A stretch of 64,000 nt of DNA from contig OZ255836.1 in NCBI GenBank assembly GCA_965277715.1, positions 832,001-896,000 of the forward strand, written 5' to 3'. This stretch comes from Gammaproteobacteria bacterium (GTDB lineage Bacteria > Pseudomonadota > Gammaproteobacteria > JBCCGL01). The notes below the pieces were generated by a model, which saw only the letters and a program-made list of their open reading frames with translations, made no database searches and had not been told where the DNA came from. Position 1 is the stretch's first letter. The number at the start of each line of letters is the position of its first letter. The translations under genes were made by a program, and so were the position numbers. Below are positions 51,278 through 64,000 of this stretch, in pieces.

Positions 51278-52603
51278 ATGCGGGAAGGCAGTTTACAAGC
51301 ACCTACGCGGCACCCACTGGATTGGAAAAACCCCGATTTTTATAATACCGACAAACTCAATCAGGAACTTGAACGGGTGTACGATATTTGTCATGGTTGT
51401 CGGCGTTGTGTCAGCCTGTGCAATGCATTCCCCACGCTGTTCGATTTGGTCGATGAGTCAGAAACAATGGAGGTCGACGGTGTCGCTAAAGCGGATTACA
51501 TGAAAGTGGTCGATCACTGCTATTTGTGTGATTTGTGTTATATGACTAAATGCCCCTATGTACCGCCCCACGAATGGAACGTCGATTTTCCACATTTAAT
51601 GTTGCGCGCTAAAGCGGTTAAAACACAACAAACATCTCCCTCATTACGTGATCGCGTGCTGGCGTCCACCGATGCGGTTGGCAAATTGTCCGCGATACCG
51701 GTTGTGGCGCAAACAATTAATGCCGTTAATAAGGTGGGAGCTGTGCGCAGATTAATGCATAAAACGGTGGGTATTCATGCGGATGCTGTATTACCTGAAT
51801 TTACCAGCACACCCTTTCGCAAACGATCAATCGATGTTAATAAAAACCCTAAAAATGCACAGATAGCAGGTAATACTACAGGCCGTGTTGCATTGTTTAC
51901 AACCTGTTATGGTAATCGCTGTTCGCCCCAGGTTAACGAAGACCTGGTGGCCGTATTGCAACACAATGGTATCGAGGTACGCTTAGTTGAAAAAGAGCAG
52001 TGCTGTGGTATGCCAAAACTCGAACTTGGCGATTTACAGGCTGTCAGTGATGCCAAAGATAATAATATTCCTGAATTGCTTACATTAATTGAAGATGGAT
52101 GGGATATTCTTGCACCGATTCCCTCGTGTGTGTTGATGTTTAAACAGGAACTGCCGTTGATGTTTCCGCATGACGATGATGTGAAGCGTGTACAACGGGC
52201 AATTTATGATCCATTTGAGTATCTGATGCTACGCCACAAGCACCAGCAGCTAAGCACTGAATTTAAACAGCCATTAGGCAAGTTGGTTTATCACGCCTCT
52301 TGCCATCTCCGCGTGCAAAATATCGGGTTAAAAACACGGGATACATTACAACTGGTGCCAGATACCACGATTGAAGTGGTAGAGCGTTGTTCCGGGCATG
52401 ACGGTACTTATGCCATTAAAAGCGAATTCCATGATATATCGACAAAAATTTGCCGACCTGTGGTCAACAAAATAAAGAAAGCCGGTGCAGATCACTATAC
52501 AAGCGATTGCCCGATGGCTGGCGCACAAATAAGTAACGGCCTCAATGATGACAGTAATGCGATTCACCCAATGAGTTTACTGCGCCACGCTTACGGTATC
52601 TAA
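51278..52603 (+). CDS. Rubrerythrin-associated Fe-S oxidoreductase (GlpC/Hdr-like, CCG domains)
   Basis: CHGCRRCVSLC, CYLCDLC...CP, CCG and CSGHDG motifs. Confidence 0.9.
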   Translation: MREGSLQAPTRHPLDWKNPDFYNTDKLNQELERVYDICHGCRRCVSLCNAFPTLFDLVDESETMEVDGVAKADYMKVVDHCYLCDLCYMTKCPYVPPHEWNVDFPHLMLRAKAVKTQQTSPSLRDRVLASTDAVGKLSAIPVVAQTINAVNKVGAVRRLMHKTVGIHADAVLPEFTSTPFRKRSIDVNKNPKNAQIAGNTTGRVALFTTCYGNRCSPQVNEDLVAVLQHNGIEVRLVEKEQCCGMPKLELGDLQAVSDAKDNNIPELLTLIEDGWDILAPIPSCVLMFKQELPLMFPHDDDVKRVQRAIYDPFEYLMLRHKHQQLSTEFKQPLGKLVYHASCHLRVQNIGLKTRDTLQLVPDTTIEVVERCSGHDGTYAIKSEFHDISTKICRPVVNKIKKAGADHYTSDCPMAGAQISNGLNDDSNAIHPMSLLRHAYGI

Positions 52604-52625
52604 GCGTTTTTACCCTGGATTAATA

Positions 52626-53210
52626 ATGAAAAAACTGACTAAAGACGATCTTTACACATTGGAAAAATACGCGACTGTTCGCGTTGATTTTCGTCAACAG
52701 GCGATAACCCACAAAGCAAACCGGCGTATCGATCTGGGTGAGCATGTTAGCCTTTATTTTGAAGACCGGTTGACAATGCATTATCAAATACAGGAAATTT
52801 TGCGCGCCGAAAAAATATTTGAACCCGACGGTATTCAAGAGGAAATCGATGCTTACAACGATCTAATTCCCGATGGCAGTAATTTAAAAGCGACCTTGAT
52901 GATTCAATATGAAGATGTGGATGAACGCAAACACGCACTGACTAAACTAATTGGCATCGAAACCCAAATATGGTTAAAGGTTGAGGGACACGGGAAAGTC
53001 TTCCCGGTTGCCGATGAAGACCTCGAACGTGAAACCGAAGAAAAAACCTCAGCGGTACACTTTTTACGCTTTGAGTTTGCCGATCAAATGATCAGGGATC
53101 TGCAGCGTGGGCATGCACTATTGGCAGGGGTCGATCACGCGGAGCTGACGGTTGTGCTTAATCCGGTTGCTGATAATACCCGGCAAGCGCTGCAAGCTGA
53201 TTTTGATTAG
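52626..53210 (+). CDS. DUF3501-family protein
   Basis: YQIQEILRAE, YNDLIP and KTSAVHFLRF motifs, in the usual position after rbr and the Fe-S oxidoreductase. Confidence 0.85.
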   Translation: MKKLTKDDLYTLEKYATVRVDFRQQAITHKANRRIDLGEHVSLYFEDRLTMHYQIQEILRAEKIFEPDGIQEEIDAYNDLIPDGSNLKATLMIQYEDVDERKHALTKLIGIETQIWLKVEGHGKVFPVADEDLERETEEKTSAVHFLRFEFADQMIRDLQRGHALLAGVDHAELTVVLNPVADNTRQALQADFD

Positions 53211-53240
53211 CGTTATTTAGCGGCGCCTTCTAGTACACCG

Positions 53241-53693
53241 TCAACGGAAGGTAGACGGTGTACTGGTGTTATTGCGTACTTTGACGATGATATCGAGGCT
53301 GTCTAATGTGCAGTGTGCGGGTATGTCCGGCAGCTCGGCAATTGAGAATTGTCCGGCGGGAATATCCTCCAAAGCACCTGTATCGATATTATAAAAATGA
53401 TAATGCGCGGAAAGGTTTGAATCGTAGAAAACCCGCTCCGGGTCAATGAGTACCTCACGAACCAGGCCTTTGCGGCTAAACAGCCCCAGGGTATTGTAAA
53501 CCGTGGCCTTTGATACCGATGCATCCCTGGCGTTAACCGCTTCAAGGATCTGCTCTGCAGACAGGTGTTGTTGCCGGGAAAAAAGATAACTGGCTATGGT
53601 GACACGTTGCGCAGTAGGGTTGATTGCCTTTTCGTGTAGTAGTTGGGTGATTTTTGCCGTATTGAGCGGGTACGTGTAAGGCGGGTTGTTCAT
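53241..53693 (-). CDS. Fur-family regulator, Irr-like
   Basis: TAQRVTI, HLSAEQI, SKATVYNTL and YDSNLSAHYHFY motifs. No CxxC zinc motifs. Confidence 0.88.
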   Translation of the reverse strand: MNNPPYTYPLNTAKITQLLHEKAINPTAQRVTIASYLFSRQQHLSAEQILEAVNARDASVSKATVYNTLGLFSRKGLVREVLIDPERVFYDSNLSAHYHFYNIDTGALEDIPAGQFSIAELPDIPAHCTLDSLDIIVKVRNNTSTPSTFR

Positions 53694-53975
53694 AGCGATA
53701 AATTATACGCATTTTCGTTTAGCTGTCACCTGCTTGGATTTTCACAGCCACGGCAAATTTGTTTTAATATCGCTCTTGAAGTTATTTGGCATGTTTTTTT
53801 TCAAAAGAAAACCCTGAAATGCATGAAATAATTGGTTTATGGTTCGGCTACTGCCCCGTTATTTCCCAAGATCCAGAATTTGGAGAAAATTTGTGGTTGG
53901 GTGTCTACAGACAGGTATTGTGAGTATAACGAGCCAGTAAAACGTTATGAATAAAATCAATAGGGTTTAGCCAGA

Positions 53976-55676
53976 ATGTTGCTTGCGGTTGATAATCTGC
54001 ACATAAGTTTCCAGCAAAATGGTGTATCTAATGCTGCCGTCGATGGCATCAGCTTCACCATTGGGCGCGGTGAAACCTTTTGCCTGGTAGGTGAGTCCGG
54101 TAGTGGTAAATCACTCACCGCTTTGGCCATTATGCGACTGCTACCTGCCACTGCGGTCGACACGCATTCCACCGCTATTACCCTCAGCCATAATGACAAT
54201 AGTAATGGCAACGTCACGCAGAATTTATTGCGTATAGATGAACCCGCAATGCAGGCACTGCGGGGCGCCCGGATTGCGATGATCTTTCAGGAGCCGATGA
54301 GCTCGCTCAACCCGGTGTTGACTATCGGCGAGCAGCTTATCGAGGCTATTCAACTGACCTGGCCAGATAAATCAATGGCAGAAGCCTACCAACAGGCACA
54401 GGACGCCCTGCAAAAAGTACAGCTCGATAATCCCGGGCAATACCTTAATGAATACCCACACCGCCTATCCGGTGGGCAGCGTCAGCGGGTTATGATCGCG
54501 ATGGCCATGGCGTGCGAGCCTGCGCTGTTAATTGCCGACGAACCAACAACCGCGCTGGATGTGACGGTGCAGGCTGAAATACTGGCACTAATGCGCGAAC
54601 TACAGCAGCGCACGAAGATGAGCCTGCTGTTTATTACGCACGATTTGGGCGTGGTGGCACAAATTGCCGAGCGGGTTGCGGTGATGCAGCGCGGCAAAAT
54701 TGTAGAGCAGGGTAGCTGCGCACAGATTCTCGATAACCCCCAGCACCCTTATACACAAAACCTTATCGCCAGCCTGCCGGAAAATCTGGCGTATACCGGC
54801 AAACCTGCCCAGAAACAAAACACGGTGACAGCGGCTGAAGCACTGCTGCGGGTCGATGATTTGCACGTGCACTACCCGGTGCGGCACGGTCTGTTACGCC
54901 GTGTTAGCCACTATGTCCGCGCTGTTGATGGTGTCGATCTTTGCGTTGCACCGGGGCAAATTGTCGCCTTGGTGGGGGAGTCCGGGTGTGGCAAAACTAC
55001 ACTGGGTCGGGCGATACTGCGGTTGATTGCCCCCCATTCCGGTGGCGTCTATTTTCGCGGCGAATCAATAGCTGGAAAATTAATCGCCAAAAAATTGATA
55101 ACATGGGCAAATCCGGCATCTATAAAACGCCTGCGGTCAAAACTACAATATATCTTTCAAGACCCCATCACGTCGTTGAACCCCCGTTTAACTGTGGCAA
55201 CCACACTGATCGAACCGATGGCGGTACACGGTATTGGCGATTCACACGCGCACCGCGTGCAATTGGCCGGGCAGGCGCTACTCGACGTACAGTTGACGCC
55301 AGAACACCTGTGGCGTTTTCCCCATCAGTTCTCCGGTGGCCAGCGGCAGCGCATCGGCATAGCGCGTGCTCTATGCCTTAATCCGGCGTTTATTGTGTGT
55401 GATGAAATTACCAGCGCACTGGATGTATCGGTACAGGCGGGGATTCTTCAGTTGCTGTTATCCTTGCGTGACACGCGCAATATCGCCCTGTTATTTATTA
55501 CCCACGATATTAGTGTGGTCGAATATATAAGCGATGTAACCGCCGTGATGTACCAGGGAAAGATCATTGAAATGGGCGATACGGCGCAAGTGTGTCGTCA
55601 GCCTCAACACCCCTATACACAGCGTTTGATTGCAGCAGTGCCCAGGTTGAAGAATCAGGTTGAAGAATCAGGCTGA
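53976..55676 (+). CDS. Dual-domain oligopeptide/dipeptide-type ABC ATPase
   Basis: Two Walker A motifs (GESGSGKS, GESGCGKT), two SGGQRQR signatures and two PQHPYT motifs. Confidence 0.93.
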   Translation: MLLAVDNLHISFQQNGVSNAAVDGISFTIGRGETFCLVGESGSGKSLTALAIMRLLPATAVDTHSTAITLSHNDNSNGNVTQNLLRIDEPAMQALRGARIAMIFQEPMSSLNPVLTIGEQLIEAIQLTWPDKSMAEAYQQAQDALQKVQLDNPGQYLNEYPHRLSGGQRQRVMIAMAMACEPALLIADEPTTALDVTVQAEILALMRELQQRTKMSLLFITHDLGVVAQIAERVAVMQRGKIVEQGSCAQILDNPQHPYTQNLIASLPENLAYTGKPAQKQNTVTAAEALLRVDDLHVHYPVRHGLLRRVSHYVRAVDGVDLCVAPGQIVALVGESGCGKTTLGRAILRLIAPHSGGVYFRGESIAGKLIAKKLITWANPASIKRLRSKLQYIFQDPITSLNPRLTVATTLIEPMAVHGIGDSHAHRVQLAGQALLDVQLTPEHLWRFPHQFSGGQRQRIGIARALCLNPAFIVCDEITSALDVSVQAGILQLLLSLRDTRNIALLFITHDISVVEYISDVTAVMYQGKIIEMGDTAQVCRQPQHPYTQRLIAAVPRLKNQVEESG

Positions 55677-55694
55677 AAAAACAGATTGAAAGAC
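55643..55694 (+). repeat. 13-bp tandem repeat spanning the ABC gene stop
   Basis: CAGGTTGAAGAAT twice exactly, then CAGGCTGAAAAAA and CAGATTGAAAGAC. Confidence 0.7.
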
Positions 55695-55952
55695 CCGGCG
55701 GGAAAATTCAGATAAAGATTCCCAAATAATGAAGCGGAGGTTAAACCACCGCTTTTCCCTTTATTTTCCCTCTGTTGTATTGATTGATATACCCGTCAGT
55801 AAATGCATCGCCAGCCAGTGGTGGGTAGAGTAAAACCCCCTATGCTCTTTTGCACCCTATGCAGTCATCCTGACCGATCAACAGAATAATCGGTATGCCA
55901 TCGAGGTGGCATACCCAAAGCGCCAGGTAGGCCCTTTGTAGTCGAGGTTTTC

Positions 55953-59800
<3,848 letters not shown>

Positions 59801-59821
59801 TTTACTCTGCTATTCAGTGTC

Positions 59822-60589
59822 TTACAGGGTGCTGCCTGCACTGCGGGTCATCACCTCGTAGCCGGTTTTGGTGACCAGTACAGTATGTTCCCATTGCGCC
59901 GATAGGCTGTGGTCTTTGGTGACCACAGTCCAGTCATCAGGTAGCAATTTAACCGCCCGTTTACCCTGGTTAATCATCGGCTCGATAGTGAAAATCATGC
60001 CTTCGGCGAGTGTGATGCCGGTGCCGGGTTTACCGAAGTGCAACACTTGAGGCTCCTCGTGAAACACGCGGCCAATGCCGTGCCCGCAGTATTCGCGCAC
60101 CACGGAGAAGTGGTGTTTTTCAACATAGCTCTGAATAATGTGGCCAATGTCGCCGAGCTGTATGCCGGGTTTGACGGCTTCAATACCCCGGTGCATTGCG
60201 TCTCTGGCGACATCGCAAAGGCGTTTAGCCTGTATCGATGGCTTGCCAACGTAAAACATGCGGCTGGTATCACCGTGGTATTCATTTTTGATAACGGTGA
60301 TATCGATGTTGACGATATCGCCCTTTTTGAGTTTCTTTGGCCCCGGAATGCCGTGGCATACCTGGTGATTGACCGAGGTGCAAATAGATTTTGGGAAGCC
60401 CCGGTAGTTGAGTGGGGCAGGGGTTGCCTGTTGTTCATTGACGATGTAGTCGTGGCACAGGGTGTTCAGTGCCTCGGTGGTGATGCCGGGTTTGACGTGT
60501 TCGCCGATCATGTCGAGTACTTCGGATGCGAGTTTACCGGCGATGCGCATTTTGCCGATTTCTTCTTCCGTTTTGATCGTTACACTCAT
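59822..60589 (-). CDS. map: Methionine aminopeptidase type I
   Basis: CTSVNHQVCHGIP, GDTSRM, GHGIG, FTIEPMIN and SAQWEHT motifs. Confidence 0.99.
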   Translation of the reverse strand: MSVTIKTEEEIGKMRIAGKLASEVLDMIGEHVKPGITTEALNTLCHDYIVNEQQATPAPLNYRGFPKSICTSVNHQVCHGIPGPKKLKKGDIVNIDITVIKNEYHGDTSRMFYVGKPSIQAKRLCDVARDAMHRGIEAVKPGIQLGDIGHIIQSYVEKHHFSVVREYCGHGIGRVFHEEPQVLHFGKPGTGITLAEGMIFTIEPMINQGKRAVKLLPDDWTVVTKDHSLSAQWEHTVLVTKTGYEVMTRSAGSTL

Positions 60590-60758
60590 AGGTTTGTCAG
60601 CCCCAAAAATAGAGCGGGCATTCTATACGATGGTGTCTGTTGGTGCGATAGCTTCGCGTGGGTACTTGTCCAGGTATCTTTCCTGATTAATGACTGACAT
60701 GGTAGATTGTTTGTATTTTCTGTGTTGGGGAGGGAGTTATGAATAGGCTGTGTAGATT

Positions 60759-61526
60759 TTGTCGATAGCATTAATTGGTATCTGTTTGGTCGTCGGTTTA
60801 TTGATCGGTGCTGTTGGTATTGGCGGGGTGCTGTTGGTACCGTCCCTGTCGTTGATCGCCGGTGTGTCGGTACATGAAGCCATTCCCGCCTGTATGCTCA
60901 GTTACCTAGCCACGGGTGCCGTGGGCGCGGCAGTATTCGCCCGGCGTGGCTCGATTCAATGGAAAATGGTGCTGTGGGTCTGTATTGGTGCGGTACCTGC
61001 GGCTTATTTGGGCGCCTCGTCGTTGCTGGCCATCCCGGCGACGGTCATCAAACTGTTAATTGCCGGCATGATGATTCTGGCGGGCGTTGATGCGTTGAGA
61101 ACATCGAGTCGCAAAACACAGATTGAGGAGAGGCAGGGGAGGGGGGATCTCAGGCGTACCAGCCTGATCGCGATTGGTTTTATCACCGGGTTTGGTTCTG
61201 CCATCACCGGCACTGGCGGGCCATTGATTCTGGTGCCGCTGACCCTCTACCTAGGCCTACCGGTACTGACTGCCGTGGGTTTAAGCCAGGCGATACAAAT
61301 TCCCATCGCCACCTTTGCCAGCATCGGCAACTGGATGCAGGGGAATCTCAATATAGAACTGGGAATCGCAATTGCACTATCAATGGTCATTGGCTCTTTT
61401 GCCGGTGCTACAGTAGTACACCACGTACCAAGTGATGTAATAAAAAAAACAGTCGCGGTTTTATTAATTGTAGTAGGTGTCATTATCGCCGCTAAGGTGA
61501 TAATACTCCCCCCAACTTTGAATTGA
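60759..61526 (+). CDS. TauE/SafE-family sulfite exporter-like membrane protein (start uncertain)
   Basis: GAVGIGGVLLVP and TGTGGPLILVP repeated motifs with about 8 TM segments. Confidence 0.85.
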   Translation: MSIALIGICLVVGLLIGAVGIGGVLLVPSLSLIAGVSVHEAIPACMLSYLATGAVGAAVFARRGSIQWKMVLWVCIGAVPAAYLGASSLLAIPATVIKLLIAGMMILAGVDALRTSSRKTQIEERQGRGDLRRTSLIAIGFITGFGSAITGTGGPLILVPLTLYLGLPVLTAVGLSQAIQIPIATFASIGNWMQGNLNIELGIAIALSMVIGSFAGATVVHHVPSDVIKKTVAVLLIVVGVIIAAKVIILPPTLN

Positions 61527-61779
61527 TTACTATATAAAATCACCTAACAGGCAACACAATATCCAGGCAGCTTATTGGCTGGTGTTGTCCCCTGCGCCAT
61601 AAGTGAATTTGGCCTTATAACACCCTACGCTACCTGCATGGAAATAAAGTAAACGTTAAGAACATGCATGAAACAAACGCCGGGATTCATAAATGTATTA
61701 ATTTTCCTTATAGCTGAGTCGACGTGAGTGTGCTATTAAAATAACATAATAAAAATGGAAGTTGTTTCGTGCACGTTCC

Positions 61780-63435
61780 TCACATGTTTGGGTAATTCGG
61801 CCCACCCCCGCCCTCTGGTACCACCCAGGTAATATTCTGACTGGGGTCTTTAATATCACACGTTTTACAGTGCACACAGTTTTGTGCGTTGATCTGAAAT
61901 TTTGCCTTGCCGTGTTCATCGTCGACTATCTCATAAACACCTGCCGGGCAATAGCGTTGCGCTGGCTCCGCCCAGGTGGGCAAATTGACCGACAGAGGCA
62001 AAGCCACATCAGCGAGTTGTAAATGCACCGGTTGATCGTCTTCATGGTTAGTGCTGGAGAGAAACACCGATGAGGATTTATCAAAACTCAATACACCGTC
62101 TGGTTTTGGGTAATGTATTTCCTGGCAGGCACTGGCGGGTTTTAATGCAGTGTGATCCAGTGACAGGTCTTTCAGTGTAAAGGGTAATCTGCCTTTAAAG
62201 ATATTTTGATCAAGGAAGTTAAAAGCCCCCCCCAGCCAGGTGCCAAATTTGTGCATCGCCGGGCCGAAGTTGCGGGTGCGGTGTAGCTCTGTGTGCAGCC
62301 ATGATTGGTTAAAACGCTCGCCATATTGAGTTAAATCCTTACCGCCTTCATCCCCCGCAGCCAGCGCATCGAAAATGGTTTCGGCTGCCAACATACCGGA
62401 CTTCATCGCGGTGTGAGTGCCTTTTATTTTAGCAAAATTCAGTGTGCCAGCATCACAACCAATTAGCAGCGCACCGGGCATCGACATTTTTGGCAGGGCG
62501 TTTAGTCCCCCTTTGGCTATCGCTCTGGCGCCGTAGGCGATGCGTTTACCCCCCGCCAGGTGGTTGGCCAATACCGGGTGGTGTTTCAGGCGCTGAAACT
62601 CGTGAAAGGGACTGAGGTAGGGGTTGCGGTAGTTGAGGTCGCTAATCAGGCCGACAGACACCAGATTATCGTCGAGGTGGTAGAGAAAAAATCCCCCCGA
62701 GGCATTGCTTGCCGAGAGCGGCCAACCGGCACCGTGTACCACCAATCCGGGCTGGTGATTTTCTGCGTCGATCTGCCACAGTTCTTTAATGCCGATACCG
62801 TAGTGTTGCGGTGTGGCATCTGCATCGAGGTTAAATTGTTTGATGAGTTGCTTGCCGAGGTGGCCACGGCACCCCTCCGAGAAAATGGTGTATTTTGCGT
62901 GTAGCTCCATCCCTGGTTCATAGCTGTCTTTATGTTCGCCATTGGCCTTGACGCCCATATCGCCGGTGGCGACACCTTTGATGCTGCCATCGTCGTGGTA
63001 GAGAATCTCGGCGGCGGCAAAGCCGGGGAAAATTTCCACCCCCAGCGCTTCGGCCCGCTCACCCAACCACCGGGTGACATTGCCAAGGCTGACGATGTAG
63101 TTACCGTGGTTGTGCATGGTGCTGGGAATCATAAAGTTCGGTGTTTTGAACGATTGGCTTTCGCCGGTCAGGAAGTACACCTCGTCACGTTTTACCGGCG
63201 TGTTGAGCGGCGCACCGTTTTCCTGCCAGTCGGGGAACAGCTCGTTCAACGAGGTGGGCTCGATTACTGCGCCGGAGAGAATATGCGCGCCGACCTCTGA
63301 GCCTTTTTCGAGCACAACAACAGTGATCTCCTGTTGTTTTTCCTGTGCCAGTTGCATCAGTCGGCAGGCGGTGGATAGCCCGGCAGGGCCTGCGCCCACA
63401 ATAACCACGTCAAATTCCATCGATTCGCGTTCCAT
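61780..63435 (-). CDS. Electron transfer flavoprotein-ubiquinone oxidoreductase
   Basis: MERESMEFDVVIVGAGPAGLS, GAHILSGA, KIKGTHTAMKSG and CPAGVYE...NCVHCKTCDIKDP motifs. Confidence 0.97.
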   Translation of the reverse strand: MERESMEFDVVIVGAGPAGLSTACRLMQLAQEKQQEITVVVLEKGSEVGAHILSGAVIEPTSLNELFPDWQENGAPLNTPVKRDEVYFLTGESQSFKTPNFMIPSTMHNHGNYIVSLGNVTRWLGERAEALGVEIFPGFAAAEILYHDDGSIKGVATGDMGVKANGEHKDSYEPGMELHAKYTIFSEGCRGHLGKQLIKQFNLDADATPQHYGIGIKELWQIDAENHQPGLVVHGAGWPLSASNASGGFFLYHLDDNLVSVGLISDLNYRNPYLSPFHEFQRLKHHPVLANHLAGGKRIAYGARAIAKGGLNALPKMSMPGALLIGCDAGTLNFAKIKGTHTAMKSGMLAAETIFDALAAGDEGGKDLTQYGERFNQSWLHTELHRTRNFGPAMHKFGTWLGGAFNFLDQNIFKGRLPFTLKDLSLDHTALKPASACQEIHYPKPDGVLSFDKSSSVFLSSTNHEDDQPVHLQLADVALPLSVNLPTWAEPAQRYCPAGVYEIVDDEHGKAKFQINAQNCVHCKTCDIKDPSQNITWVVPEGGGGPNYPNM

Positions 63436-63688
63436 AATACCCCTCTATATATAAGTTAATTTTTAACGGTAAATCGTGTAATTATAAAGCCACTGCGAAT
63501 GCGGTGTACTAAAAATGAGTGTCAAAAATAGGTGTAATTTGCGGCAGGCTTTTTAATAAACCCAATATTGTCTTTTTTTTTGTATATTGCCACATGCCAA
63601 CTCACCCACCACACCCCTAAAGTACCTTTATTACTGCTTGGGATCAAAACCCTCGTTTGGGTTAAAATCAATAATTTTGGAGAATCGA

Positions 63689-64000
63689 TTGGATATTAAT
63701 GGTCAATCGGCACTGGTCACTGGCGGTGCATCGGGTATAGGGATGGATGTTGGCAGGGCGTTGCTGGCCGCAGGTGTGAAGGTGACTTTGCTGGATATAA
63801 ATACGGGCGCGCTGCAAACAGTGGCTGATCAACTGGGGTGTGCATCTGCTGTGTGTGATGTCGCTGATGCAACCTCGGCCCGGCAGGCGATTGCGCAGGC
63901 CAGCGGGGTAAACGGTGTGGCGCGCATTTTAGTGAATTGCGCAGGTATTGCTCCCGCGCAACGCATTGTGGGTCGCGAGGGGCCTTCGTCACTGGAGAAC
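63689..64000 (+). CDS. Short-chain dehydrogenase (3-hydroxyacyl-CoA dehydrogenase type II-like), 3'-truncated by window edge
   Basis: Not in the ORF track. TTG start after GGAG. Manual translation MDINGQSALVTGGASGIG...CDVAD...LVNCAGIA. Confidence 0.85.
   Translation, partial: MDINGQSALVTGGASGIGMDVGRALLAAGVKVTLLDINTGALQTVADQLGCASAVCDVADATSARQAIAQASGVNGVARILVNCAGIAPAQRIVGREGPSSLEN

Noticed and set aside
63717-63992. 91-aa minus-strand ORF
   Set aside because: It is antisense to the clear SDR gene starting at 63689.

Overview
Marine-type gammaproteobacterial chromosome segment (inferred from gene order thrS-infC-rpmI-rplT-pheST-ihfA-merR-tRNA-Pro and from the DMSP genes dmdA and acuI). Core genes (translation cluster, folE, polB, fadE, argE, ilvD, rubrerythrin cluster, dapE-glnD-map, ETF-QO) are interleaved with accessory DNA. 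(1) At 1-9.5 kb, a defence-like block holds a 1622-aa wHTH?-TIR-NACHT-pentapeptide-WD40 NLR-like protein whose 126-bp WD40 units are nearly identical yet vary combinatorially at a few positions, as in fungal HET-E. An MNT-HEPN gene, a large 2OG-Fe(II) oxygenase and a decayed tRNA-Val(GAC) 3' half follow. (2) A ~1 kb relic island at tRNA-Pro carries intact hicB, hicA with a nonsense mutation and a duplicated piece of fdhD. (3) An AT-rich insert holds an integron-cassette-like gene pair and a fungal-type chitin-synthase-like gene. (4) A hydantoinase/oxoprolinase catabolic operon, an AraC-PhyH-AcuI unit, a second cassette-like gene and two related MITE-like elements bracket a PLP-enzyme gene. All calls come from motif recognition by eye; no searches were run.
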